This document shows positions 51,744 to 64,000 of a stretch of 64,000 nt of DNA, piece by piece. Under the pieces are notes generated by a model, which was given only the letters and a program-made list of their open reading frames with translations, was not told the origin of the DNA and did no database searches. The translations under genes were made by a program, and so were the position numbers. Every line of letters begins with the position of its first letter. Positions within the stretch are counted from its first letter, which is position 1. The stretch is from Azolla caroliniana (taxonomy: Eukaryota; Plantae; Polypodiophyta): the NCBI GenBank assembly GCA_043228905.1, contig JBHGNT010000105.1:1-64000 (forward strand). The letters are read 5' to 3'.

Positions 51744-54700
51744 TGAAACAAAAAAAGAACACAAGAAAAAGAAAAGACTCCCCTTTTTTCTCATATATAT
51801 ATCTATATGTATAGTTGGAGCACATGATGCAGATTTTTTTGTTGTGGATTTTTTTTTGTGATCCAACAAGGAATGCAAGCATATATTTATATATATAGAT
51901 GTATGTATATGCTTTTTATGTACATTGGTTTTGCCATGGCTTCTTTTCTTATGGGCATGCGCTGGCCACCTGAGAAAAAGAATGTGAATATATACGAAGG
52001 AAGGCACATGTGCTCCATGCAAAAAAGAAATTGTGTTTTGATTTGCCATTCATTTTCGTAGGAGAGAATTGGATGGAACACTTGTAGAGTACATCACATC
52101 TCCTTTCAGCTTACTTTGTATACAACTTTTTTGTGATCTATACATACCCAAAGTACATTCCATTAGGAAACAAGGTATGATGAGTTTCTTCTTTTGTATC
52201 TCAAAACTTTCCAGATAAAATGTGATATATTGTTAATGCTGCCATAAGTGTGCTATATCATGATTTCTGCCATAAATTCCTGACTTTTTATCGAGCTTTG
52301 TGGCTCTAACTTTCTGGATATGATATATTTCACTATCATGTTGCATCATGCATTGATATTGTATCTTTTAGTATCACAGGATGGTGGCGTTGCACAGTGG
52401 AATAGATTGAGATTTAATAAAGGATAAACTCCCATCCTATTGTTTCATATTGATTTTAGCTACTATTTTGCATGAGCATATTTGGCTGTTAATTCCTCAC
52501 AAAATGAAAGACAGATTGCTTCAAAGCTCACTATAGTGCTGGATGGAGACAGAATCCAAGGACACAATTACGAGCTATGAAGATAGGAGCGCTTTCACAC
52601 TGTTATATTAATCCTGTCCATTTGTCTCATCGAGCTAAATTGTCTTAATAGTGGGTTCTGGTAACTAGTTATATTGGTCTACATTAACACGTTAGGCTGC
52701 AGTTGTTTCATAATCTTGTTGAATGTCACTGCGTTGTTGGATTATGATGTGTAATTGAGAGGCGAAGGAATATGGAGGTGAGGGTTTGCTTTATGTTTTG
52801 TGGTTTCATTGTGTTTTCAAGTGAGATCGTGTTCAAATTGCAGATTGCTACTTTTGTTTTGTTGCGTTTCCATAAGTCTCTTCTGATGCATTGCCAAGAC
52901 GCTGTCTCATTTCAAGTCTTTCAACTTGTCCAAGTTAACCGATTTCGTGCATTTGTATGTGATATCAGTGTAAAATATTAGCCTATGTGTGTTTTGGTTT
53001 GTTGGATTACAGTGTTTCTGATCTGTAATTTATGGGAAGCACAAGAGTGATGTGAATTTCATAGTTGTGAGGAGTTAATACACTTTTAATCAGTTCCCCA
53101 GTCCACTTTTGAAACGAAAATAGAGCAGGGTGTTTGGAAATATGAAAACTGCCTTGTGATTCAGGGAGGAGATATTTGTAGTTGGGTTATGAGCTCAGAT
53201 CAATGCTGTCTTGATTCTGACATGAATGTTATGTATGTTTATCTGTACTCAGAAAGCATCCTATCGACATGTTTATAGACTCTTGCTTGGCTGTGAATAA
53301 AGGTATGTCCTTTGTATAATTTGTTAATGTAAAAATTGTTTCTTGCTTCATGGACACCATTGACGCAACTTTTTTTGGGTCTCATTGCTTTCCTATATAA
53401 ATTTCTGAAACTGTAAAACTTTTCATTTTCTATGATTCCTTTCAATGAAGATATGCCTCGGCTAAGATGTAATCTTTTTGAAAATGTGCTATAAAAATGG
53501 TAACAAATGATACTACATGCTATATGGAGGATATGGCTAGCCTCATGAAAAATTTAAATTTCACAAACAGCTAAGTAAATAGAGAATCTATACCTTTGTT
53601 GACATCATGCTACCCAATTTCCCAAAGGAGTTGCAAGAAGAAAGCTATAAAAGACCAACTTGACCTTAGGAAAATGCCTTTGTAGGTAAATCGTCAATAC
53701 AAAGGTTTATTGTGACACCTTCGAAACTCGTTAATTCGTAAGGTAGGAAAGGATAAGTTAGATCATCATTTTTTCATTGCACCAATCACAAGTAGAACCA
53801 TCAACATAAAGTTCCAGTATATTGAGACATCCTTTACATCAATCTTGACGCAACGTACTCCTTTTAGACATAATACTTGAAGATCTAATCTCCCATCACA
53901 AGTCTCTTAAAAAGACAACTCCTTCGAGTGCTATTTAAGAAAGCCTATGATTCTACTCTTTTATCATATGATGAGTACTCGATTTTGAATATCCATCATG
54001 AATCAACAACATGTTATCCTTTGGCCTATCAACAAGGTCTCAAGTGTAAGATATTTGATATAATGATCATACTTACAAGTGTGACATAGGATCATCACAT
54101 ACATCTGCATTCATTATTTCGTGTCACTCCATTTTTTGGCCTTTGATATTCATTGTAACAAATGTGGAGACATACTACAATAGTGACATAGAAGATATGA
54201 TGGCGTGATCCTAAACCACATAAATGTATTGCATAAGTAACTTCTTTTTTAGATCCTTGAAAGAGTAAGGTACACATTTTCCCAACACGAATCATTCATC
54301 ACTCCGCAAACCAAAAGGTACTTAACCACATTGGGATTAATTAGTTTTATTTACATTGTGAAATAAGCAAATCTAATATATGCAGGGACATCTGTCATTG
54401 TCCTATAGCCCTTGAAACATGTATATGACTTCCTAGACAAGTGAACCATACCATTGGCCAACATTGTACTCCAAAATTTTCAAAACATAATAGTTGGGGT
54501 CTTAAAAGCTACTCAATGACATAATATTCTTCTCAATAAGGTATGGTTAAGAAGAAGAGTACATGAAATAAAGTAGACACATTTGAAACAATGCTTCCCA
54601 TTATACGTTTCAATAAACATCAAACATGTTCTAACCTTCACGCAGTTTGTGCGTTGCAATTTTGTCCCGTTCCATAAATAGTGGTAATGTTAATCACGAA

Positions 54701-54899
54701 AGTAACCTAAAGTATGCTTTGGAGTTTAGAGTCTTGTTTAAATGAGATAAAACGACAAATATGTAAAAGAAGAAAAGACATCATGGATAACATCTACATG
54801 GGAATAAAAGTTAATAGAAGTATCCCTTCCATGGATAAATCAAGTGGGAATAAGTTGCAAGAAATTTAGGAGGTGCACTTATTTGCTCACAAGGCTTTA

Positions 54900-55864
54900 G
54901 GATTCATCCTCGCGCATTGCTTCTTTCGTTGCGTAGTCATGAAAATTTACCGGTTTTTGGAGGGTCGATTGTGAAAGTACCCCCTCTTTATTTTCATAAT
55001 GTTTTACAATACCCTTAAATTTCAGAAATGGTTGTGGATGGAGAATCTTTATCCGATAGTCAATGTGCGTCAGAAGTGGTGTCGATGCTGGCTTCGCGTC
55101 CTCCATATTGAAGCGCTTCACCACCTTTTCGGATGTAATCGGATTGGGAGAGCCAGAAGATCTTCTTTGTCCGATTTCGCTCTATCTGCATGCCTAAAGG
55201 CTAGAATGTTTCGGGCTACTCCAAGTTCTTTCATTGAAGACTCCACTTTAGCTTTCTGATTTCGGCGATAAGGATTATAGGATCATGTAGATTCGGAACT
55301 TGTAAACTATTTGCCGGGTGTACATACATCGGCCGGAGTTCGAGCAGTTGTAGCCGAGTTGCCAGATGTAGGTATTGAATTTCTAATACCACATTCTCGG
55401 CGCTTGCTTGAAACCATATAGGCTCTTCTTCAGCTTGCAGAAGAGGTGACCTTGCTCCCCCGTTGTCGTGAAGCCTGCTAGTTGAGACACAAAAAACCTA
55501 AAAACACCAACAAGGAAAAAACTTTTGGCACCACTTTTAGCATTGTTCTAGCACATGCCACCAATTTGAAATTTGGGAGATTGCAAACAAACTTGTCGTG
55601 GGTGTCCAACAAATGTGTGATGTAGAAGCTTCTTTGACTTTCTTCACAAGGAAATATACATTGGAAGTTAGAAAACTAGTTGATTATGAGTTCCCTCTAA
55701 CACCCACAAATGTGTGATGTAGAAGCTTCTTTGACTTTCTTCACAAGGAAATATACATTGGAAGTTAGAAAACTAGTTGATTATGAGTTCCCTCTAAGTC
55801 GAAGTCCATTGTACTTATCAATACAAGAGATTAGAATCTAGATAGAACTAGCTTCCCTCTAACA
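54900..55864 (-). mobile_element. Ty1/Copia LTR-retrotransposon remnant
   Basis: Minus-strand KRFNMEDAKPASTPL (~55124-55070) matches the Copia RT C-terminal motif. A possible LTR begins TGTTAGAGGGAAG at 55864, and there are PBS-like TGGT words near 55563 and 55390. No second LTR is seen. Confidence 0.55.
55609..55797. repeat. Perfect 92-bp direct repeat (period 97) inside the putative LTR
   Basis: ACAAATGTGTGATGTAGAAGC...GAGTTCCCTCTAA occurs at 55609-55700 and 55706-55797. Confidence 0.95.
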
Positions 55865-57712
55865 TCACTCAGTATGAGGATCATTCAAGTTCCAATAAGA
55901 TTGATTACTTTCATGTCATTGATTGTGCACCACTCCCATTTTTCTTGCCTTTTTAAAACCTAATTTGGATTGAATTGGGGATTCGTAGTTTTAAAGTCAC
56001 ACTTGGTTAATTGGCTATGTTAAGCGAATGTGCACTAAGATACTCACACACTTACATGCATGAGGTCATATGTTGTCTTTCACATGATGGTGTACTGGTA
56101 AATCTTGCAATTCAAGTTGTGGTTCAAGTCCTATTGGATGCATCATGGGCAAAGAATTTTGTATTCATTCCTTCTTGTTAAAAATTGCTAAGAGGATTTT
56201 TTTGGGTAAAATAACTAATATGACCTAACTAAAATTTGATTAGCTTGACTAGCGAATTCTGTTGTTATTTGCATTCATGTTTGTGTGTTTCTTCAAGGAA
56301 AAGGCCGACATAATATTTTCATGCTAAATTATAATGTTTATCCGTTGCACATTCATGTTTTGAAATATGACAATGTTGGCCCCATTGATATCTGTGGCCC
56401 CATAATTGTGAGCTCATGATCCCCTACATCTTAAGAAAAATATAAATATGTCTAGAACATTTTCATTTCCTTGAAATATGATGTAATATAGTCAAGGCAC
56501 AAACCAAGAGATATGCAAGTCAAATACATTGTCGTAAGACTTATTACTGCATTTTAGTACGTGTTGACATGACTACACATGGAAACTACGTAGGCTTATT
56601 TGACCATGGACACATGACTATAATATCGTTAGTGGACATGCTCATGAATTTAGTGTTCAATGAATTAATGCAAGATGTATGCTGAAAGGACAGCCTACCC
56701 TAAAATGTAGGTTTAATGTTATTTTGTTCTTGAGGTTAGTGATGAGAAGGAACACCTAAAGTTATTACATTTGATCTTTAGCATGCACATGGTTAAGTTC
56801 AATGAGGGTGTGTGGGTGTATCATGACACAATCATCTTGTCGCACGCAAGAGTTGAGGGTGAGTGAGAAGGGTAAAACTAGTGACATTGACGAAGGCCAT
56901 GTGGTATGCCCGATCGATTCTCAGGTGTCTTCGAGATCTTATGGTCCACCTGACCAGGTGAAGCGACAACAAACACTTTTTGGTGGTTCACGTAAGACCA
57001 ACATGGTATATGCCCATTTCTGATTTGTTTTGTGTGCGTGTGAAGTTGGAGTGGGGGGGGGGGGTGCGTGACATGGTGTAATTAATACTATTAATATTAA
57101 TCTCTTTAAATACGGTATTAAAGGCTAGAGGAAATTGACTTAAATGGACCCCCCATATATTATTCCTAGTCCCCCGTGGACATACATAATTGGGAATTGA
57201 AATCTAAGAGGAACTTTCAAACCTTTGACAGTGGACAGTGGACACATGGAAAAGAGCACACGAGCTTATCTAAGTATGTACATATGTATGTATTTATATA
57301 TATATGTTAATAATAATAACTTATAGGGCGTGTTTAAACTCTAGACGTCAATTTCTTATTTGGTTAAATATGGGCTTGTCCGGACAAACAAAGAATGTCT
57401 GTCCGTCTTCATTCATATTATTATGTATCCTCGTGAATGTGGCACAAATGTGGCACACGGTCCCATCCATCCATCACTGACTTACATACATACATACACA
57501 TACATACATACATAACCTGTCTGTCTTCATTCAATACACATCATCAACTATCCTCTTTTCCTTCTCTGCCTTCTTTTTCTTCTTCTTCTTCTTCTTCTTC
57601 TTCCATTCGTGCACTGCTTACTACTGCTAGCAACATCATCAATCAATTTCAATCAATCAATCAAATACATATATTGGACAGGAAACGGAAGACCCATTTA
57701 ATGATGTACATT

Positions 57713-57766
<54 letters not shown>

Positions 57767-58048
57767 CCTCTCAAAATATGGGCCTGCCCAATGCAATGGG
57801 ATCTCTTCAAAATTTTAAATACATACATACATGCATGCATATATGTATATACATCTATGTAATGAGAGAGACAGAGAGAGAACAGAGAGGCCCTTATAAA
57901 TTCTAATGCGACCATGCATTCTTCCCTAGTAACGTTCCTGTAGGCTATATATATATATATATATAGCTATTTCATCAATTAAGCAGTATATGGTTAACAC
58001 CTCTCTCTCTCTCTCTCTGTGCAGTGCCTAGACATATATCTATATCTA

Positions 58049-58095
<47 letters not shown>

Positions 58096-58138
58096 ATCTA
58101 TATATAGCTGTGTCCATATCAAGGAGAAGTTCCCATAT

Positions 58139-59635
58139 ATGGAGGTCCAGAGTATTGTGGGAGTAATCAGCAATAGCAATGTTTATTATAATCATCACCA
58201 TCATCATCATCATCATCATCATAATAATAATGAGAACGGAGGTGGTGTTGGGTCCGAATCGTGTACTAATGCTCCATTGCTATTGCCTGATGATCCTCAT
58301 CATGTTGGCGCAATAATTAGCAACATTGGTGGTGACCACTTCCACCAAGACCTTAATCATCGTGCAGTTAACACCCATTCCTCTACTGCATTGGTTAATT
58401 ATCCCCAGGTTAATAATAATACTCATAATTACTCCCACTCCGGTGATGAGCTACTCGCTCCACCATCACTACTATTACCATCGGCATCATCGTCTGGCCC
58501 AATCAAGCATCTTACTTATCCCTCCTCTGCATTCACATCGCCCCCAAATTCTGCCCATACTAATTACCTCTCAATAATATTAGACTCTACTTATAATGTC
58601 AAGGAGTATGATAAAGATCCCTGCAATATGATGGGCAGCAGCACATCATCATCGCCATCTCATGAATCTACTACAGCGCTACTAAATACAGCCACGCACC
58701 TTCTTGCTGTTGAGGAGGACCAGGACCCAGTCGATATAAGCAATCTCTCCTCTTCTTCTACATACGATATGATTAATTCAAGTAATCACATTACAAGCCC
58801 TAATCATGAGGCTACCTATCTCCTGACCCATCATCCCTCAATCCTCCCTGTTATTAACGCAAGCAATCCGTGCGAACTCGCCGGCCTGGCGGATGCCAAG
58901 TGGCAGCATCTGGTCCCGCCACGATGCCGCGGTCGGGATAGCGGTGCCAGCTGGCACGATACGGATCGCGACTCGGGGGACATATCCTCCGTGGTACGGC
59001 CTACCAGCTGGTGCGCTGGGCGTGAAGCTAGCGCTGCCACCTGTCCAGCTACGGCGATGGCCGGGCCTGGGAGCTGTCATATCGGAGACCCTATGGATTA
59101 TTGGGATGGGCGGAATATGAGTGATGGGTACGGATATACTTCTGTCGAGCAGATTGGAAATATCAGTAATCCGAGTAATAATGGTGATGGCGATGATGGT
59201 AACCGCATGAGCAATGACATGGTGTCGATGAGGTTCACCAGGAATATTCCAGGCCAGAAGGGATATTCTGTGCTTCCCCAGGGAATGACAGCCAGGAGGC
59301 GGCGGCACCGAATCAGCAGGAAGTTGAAGATTCTGAGGAATCTGGTGGTGCCGTACTGTGGCGGCGCCGGCGGGAGGAGGAATATGGACACGGCGTCCAT
59401 GCTGGATGCGGCCATCCACCGGATCAAATATTTAAGGGCCCAGATTCATATGATGCACCTGCAACTTGCTCGCGAAGAATCTGCTTCTGCCGCGACCGCC
59501 CATATCAATAGTAATTACATGGTGATCAACAATAGTTATAGAATTGACATTCCATTGGATCATCCTCAGTTTCAGCTTCATCTTCATCAATATTATGATA
59601 GCCATCGTTACATTGTTGACCCACCTGATCCCTAA
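58139..59635 (+). CDS. bHLH transcription factor, subfamily VIII (most like VIIIa BONOBO/LAX1/ROX), ~498 aa, intronless
   Basis: C-terminal domain PQGMTARRRRHRISRKLKILRNLVVP...MDTASMLDAAIHRIKYLRAQI, compared with the VIIIa-type PQSVAARERRHRIS...MDTASML.EAIHYVKFLK.QI. The first ATG is at 58139; upstream codons are (TATC)n microsatellite. Confidence 0.88.
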   Translation: MEVQSIVGVISNSNVYYNHHHHHHHHHHNNNENGGGVGSESCTNAPLLLPDDPHHVGAIISNIGGDHFHQDLNHRAVNTHSSTALVNYPQVNNNTHNYSHSGDELLAPPSLLLPSASSSGPIKHLTYPSSAFTSPPNSAHTNYLSIILDSTYNVKEYDKDPCNMMGSSTSSSPSHESTTALLNTATHLLAVEEDQDPVDISNLSSSSTYDMINSSNHITSPNHEATYLLTHHPSILPVINASNPCELAGLADAKWQHLVPPRCRGRDSGASWHDTDRDSGDISSVVRPTSWCAGREASAATCPATAMAGPGSCHIGDPMDYWDGRNMSDGYGYTSVEQIGNISNPSNNGDGDDGNRMSNDMVSMRFTRNIPGQKGYSVLPQGMTARRRRHRISRKLKILRNLVVPYCGGAGGRRNMDTASMLDAAIHRIKYLRAQIHMMHLQLAREESASAATAHINSNYMVINNSYRIDIPLDHPQFQLHLHQYYDSHRYIVDPPDP

Positions 59636-60621
59636 TTACGCCACTTATGATGTAGTGATTACCCTAATTAGATGGACTTTTAAGAGCTTTTCATAACCTT
59701 GAGTTTATAATCGAAGAGGATGTATGATATGTGCGCTATAATTAAGATCTTCCTATTTAAATGGCGAGATGGATTCAGCCCGTTTTGAAATTTGGGCATG
59801 GATATATTATTCCACCGCCAACAGAAAACGAATGCAATGTGGGCGAATACTTGGTAAAATGCTGAAGTTCAGCTAATTCCTCCCATGGAGGTGTTTACAC
59901 GAAAAGATAGCCTCCCTCACTCTCTGTGATTGCTTGAAATGATATGGACACAATTATATTGGAGCTCCACAGAATGATCACGAAGTAGCAATATTCCTCA
60001 ATCCATTAGAATCATACATTAATGCTCAATATGAATCGCATTCTACAGGTACATCCGGCCATGCTCATATCATATAGTTCATGTCTTATATGAATTTGTT
60101 TGTTTACCTCATCATGTGAACTCTAAGTTATAAATTTACAAAGATATTTGAAATATGAATGAAGGATATGTGTCCGGTTTGTAAGTCTTCATTCATAACG
60201 AAAGGATTTGCAGGGCATAGTGGAGTGGATATAATTCGTTAATGGTGCTATCCTACATTGATCCAAAATTTGTACTCTGAAAGCTTGGCCTAAGTAAGCA
60301 TCGTGCAAGGTTTTGAGAAGAGTTCTACTGGATGTATGATATTTTAGTAAGACAATGTGCGATAGATAAGTTGTGCATTCAACTAAAGAGAGAGGCATTA
60401 ATTTAGCCTGACAAGGCATTAATTTAGATGATAAGAGGTTAAAAACTTTTGGCCATGGCCATTGGAAATGGTAGGTAGGAGGATGGATATGCCACATTTG
60501 GGATGGAATCAAAGTGCCAAGAGTTTTTTTTCTTTTTAAATGTACCTCCAAATGAATAATGGTTATGAGTGAGATTAAGAAGAGGAGGTACACATTCATT
60601 AGATCATGCATTGTCAGCCGG

Positions 60622-63600
60622 TCAGTCATAAGAGAGAGAGAGGCTACTTTTGATGCGGGCGACGGTGTTGGAGATTAGCTTGTTCACCGTAGCAACCGAT
60701 CCGAGGGATAACCTGGCAGTGGGTACATGGTCCACCAGGATCTGGAAGGCCAATGTGAGCAGAGACCCGCCGGTTGGCGACGAGGAGGAGGCTCGATGAG
60801 GATGGAGGGGGCCATCGGGGAGGATGGCAAAGCCCGAAGGTAAGAGAGCCACGGAGTCGGGATCTCCCCCGTTCAGAATGCCACTCATTGCCGCTACGTC
60901 TATCGGCGCGTACACCACCAGCGAGCATACCTCGTCCGTACAGCACTCTTGCAGGATCAGCATGTTGCTCTGGTTCGAGTTGATGGGCTGGTGTGGACAA
61001 TAACAACAAATCATGACCAAAAACACACACACACACACTTATAACATGCTTTAGTAGTTACTTTCAAGCATATAACCTGCTTTAATCATGCCTAACATAA
61101 ATTCCAGTCACCTCACATAAACTGAATCTCTGATGCCAAACTTATCATTCATTGTTCAACTTGGTCCTTCCTAATTTTGTGTCATTTGACATATAATTTG
61201 ATGTTTATAACTTAAAAGTCTAAGTCTTGCTTGACCATCATTGAAGGTTCTTATTTAACATTGGATGCAAACTCACAGCTAAAATCAAGCATGCATCATA
61301 AACCCATATGCCCAGAAAACCCGTTAATGTGTTTGGATTTCTGAGGTTTATTCAAACATTAAAAATCAGGGTATGGTGACCCAATGTATAAGATCTTGAC
61401 ACAACAATCATAATATCTAAAACACACTTATCATATCATAGCCTGGCTAACGTACAATTGATTTATTTAACTTTTAGCTATTGCTAAAACTACTTCAGAA
61501 AATCTTGAGCACATAACATATGCATCAAAAAAATAAAAGATTTTGCAGACTACTTTACTCTCCGCTACAAAATAAAACAAGGAAGCAGGAGTTTGTTACT
61601 TACGTTTACTCGTAGAAGTGAGACACTATTTCCAGGGTCTGGTCCTTTGGCTATGTAGAACATCTCCTTAATGACACCATTGTTGGATAATATATCCCAC
61701 TACAAAGACACAATCAGACCTTTTGTTGTCAATAGTGATGGAAGCTAAATTTTGTTCTCAATAATAAATGCATTATTCGATGGAAGCTAAATTTGGTGAT
61801 GAATGACTTCCACTTGGTGATTGTTTTTTTTTATTTCCTACAATGGTTTATATAATGTTTAAAGCGATTTACATGAAATTTAAGCATAGATTTTTACCCT
61901 TTCTAACTGCACTTGGACTGCTATTATTATGTACCAAAGCATTAGTAATAACAGTTATACATGGCCACCCACTTCTAAGTGTGGGATGGATGAGAACTAT
62001 CACCACTTACTTACAAATGTAATGGATTTTATTTATTTTGATGTATACGTAGAAACTCCTTCACTCTCAATCTTATGAATCTTTTTATTTGGTAGGATAG
62101 ATTACAAGGTGGCATATGTTATGGTTAATACCTCACTACGAAGGCGATCTGTACGCAAGAATTGGAAAATTTGTCGTGGGGAGGAAGGGAGCCAAAGAGA
62201 AGTAGAGGCACTCAACACAATCCCAGGTGGGTGTCCAGGCTCATCATTGCTCTTATGAATCACCACGCGCACATCCTCCGCACCACTGCAATTGTTACCG
62301 GCCAATGTCACCCAAGCCTCAGATGTTGAGGACCCTACACCTCCATTGAAGCTCTTTACCATCCTCTCTGCCAATTTTAACATGCTTCGTCGACCCTCTA
62401 CATTTGGAACCACTACATGATCATCCCAGTTTTAATTAGAGGGTCTTCTAGATTCATACAATCTCAGAGCATTGGATTAGAAGATCCAACTTAGACATCT
62501 CAATTATAAGCTTTTGGAGTTAAATGTGCATATTGATCAAGCAACAATTTCAGCCTCCTCCCTATGGGATTCATTCTTGCACTACCTAATGTTTGCTACA
62601 TTTTATGTTATTCCATATGATTATGTGTTTTTTTTCAAATGGTTTCCCTTCAATATGAGAAGAAATTAACCTCCAAAACAGTAAATTAACAATTAAAGGG
62701 TCAAACTCCATAGGATGCCTCACTACCAAACATTCTCCCTGAATCATGACCCCATGTAAATCCAAAGATCAAAATTTTCAGGTGTGTTGTATTTGATTGC
62801 TGCATCTATTCGAAAATGATATCGCATGCACCTGGTGCAAAATTTGCTCAATTGCCCGAAATCCGTCATGAAATGAAACACATTATGTACATAAATGTCG
62901 TACCAAAAAGCTGATGTGAATATAGTTAAACCCTTTCTATATCTATACATATATGATATATGTATATGTACATATTGTCTCTCCCTTTAATATGTTTGTT
63001 TTTCCCCTCCAACTATTATAAATGAACCAATAAAAAATCAATACTAGAGACTCTTTAATACACAAGGACACTTCTTGAAACATATTTCTTTATGCAAAAT
63101 ATTTAGGAATGCTTACCAGTTGAGTCACCAGAAGGGACATTGTTAGCAAGCACACTTGCAATCCTTTCACATTGTCGTTGCAATGTTGACAACCACCGAA
63201 CTGCACCAAATGCCATCCCACTATTAACAAATGATTGATAAAGATTGTGAACGCCTTTAGTATCAACCTCTACGTTCTCCACCCAAGTTACCTGAATTGA
63301 AGGCAATATACATACAAATGTTGAATGTAGACTTTGGAAGGCAATTATATGAATAGATTATATTGTAACATTACCTTAGTAAAAGAAGAAATGTTATAAT
63401 GTAGTCATGCGATTGCACAATGCGTGTTGAGATGTTGTTCTATCTATCCATTTTCTTTCTTATCATTTATCCTAGTACATTGAAATAAAATGTGTGTCGT
63501 GCTAACTATGGTGAGGGTTAAACCGTCATGTAAAGATTTTATGGCCTATTTACATTTGTTTCTTGATTGTGCTTGTTGAATTCAAACATTCCGCAACCAA

Positions 63601-64000
63601 GAAAGTAGCTTATTAAGAAAACTCATGTAATAAATTTCATGTAAACCTTATTGATGGCTTACGAAGTGTGGAGGATGTAAAAAAAGATGATGCAATATGA
63701 GTTGTAAATAGATCCACGTACTTCAAAATGGGCCTAAAAGTGATTAGCAATATTCATGCAAACAAGTATTTCTAGCAACACAGTTGTGAGTAGCACATGT
63801 TAATCTCAAGAGGCCAATCAAAATCACAATGATAAAATGAGTAAATGCCCAATAATGCTTCTTACCTTTGAGTAACCATTTGGCATCTCCTCAATAATGC
63901 AACCAGAAGGTCGTCTCCTACAACGTAGTAAAGAAGGAGGTGGATTCCCACGGAGGCTATCAATGGAAACGTCTACCACTACCCAAAAGTGGTCGACATG
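60622..64000 (-). CDS. HD-ZIP class IV homeodomain-START transcription factor, 3' part (5' end outside window)
   Basis: Exons >=64000-63866 (WVVVDVSID...[19 protein letters not shown]), 63291-63117 ([10 protein letters not shown]...[22 protein letters not shown]), 62412-62132 ([12 protein letters not shown]...[15 protein letters not shown]), 61699-61604 (WDILSN) and 60987-60622 ([11 protein letters not shown]...[12 protein letters not shown]...[13 protein letters not shown]) have consistent phases. Confidence 0.96.

Noticed and set aside
58326-59427. Alternative-frame and antisense ORFs within the bHLH gene
   Set aside because: Expected shadows of a GC-richer long CDS.
61765-61772. L1 box TAAATGCA in an HD-ZIP IV intron
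   Set aside because: An AT-rich 8-mer expected by chance in 64 kb.

Overview
AT-rich, microsatellite-rich eukaryotic nuclear DNA from a land plant. The gene families and compact GT-AG introns suggest a non-seed vascular plant such as a fern, but that is inference only. I reconstructed nine protein-coding genes by reading splice sites by eye: a RING-variant/DUF3675 E3 ligase (+), a ribosome-binding-domain-only trigger-factor-like protein with an 11-nt microexon (-), a TGA bZIP-DOG1 factor (+), a very divergent NAC-like protein (-), a GDSL esterase (+), a DUF1218 membrane protein (-), an intronless SLC25A44-type mitochondrial carrier (+), an intronless subfamily-VIII bHLH resembling BONOBO/LAX1 (+), and the 3' half of an HD-ZIP IV gene (-). 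Between them lie LINE, Copia, Mutator-MITE and PPR remnants, a ~150-bp tandem array, and a short retroposon with a perfect 17-bp target-site duplication. The most unusual locus is 28.7-31.0 kb. It has an inverted NAC architecture: an acidic N-terminus with an EAR-like LxLxL motif and the NAC-like domain at the C-terminus. Its acidic N-terminus is split over three reading frames. Upstream lie paired G-box/ABRE sites and a near-perfect 72-bp-arm hairpin full of RY motifs. All gene models are predictions made without alignment or expression data.
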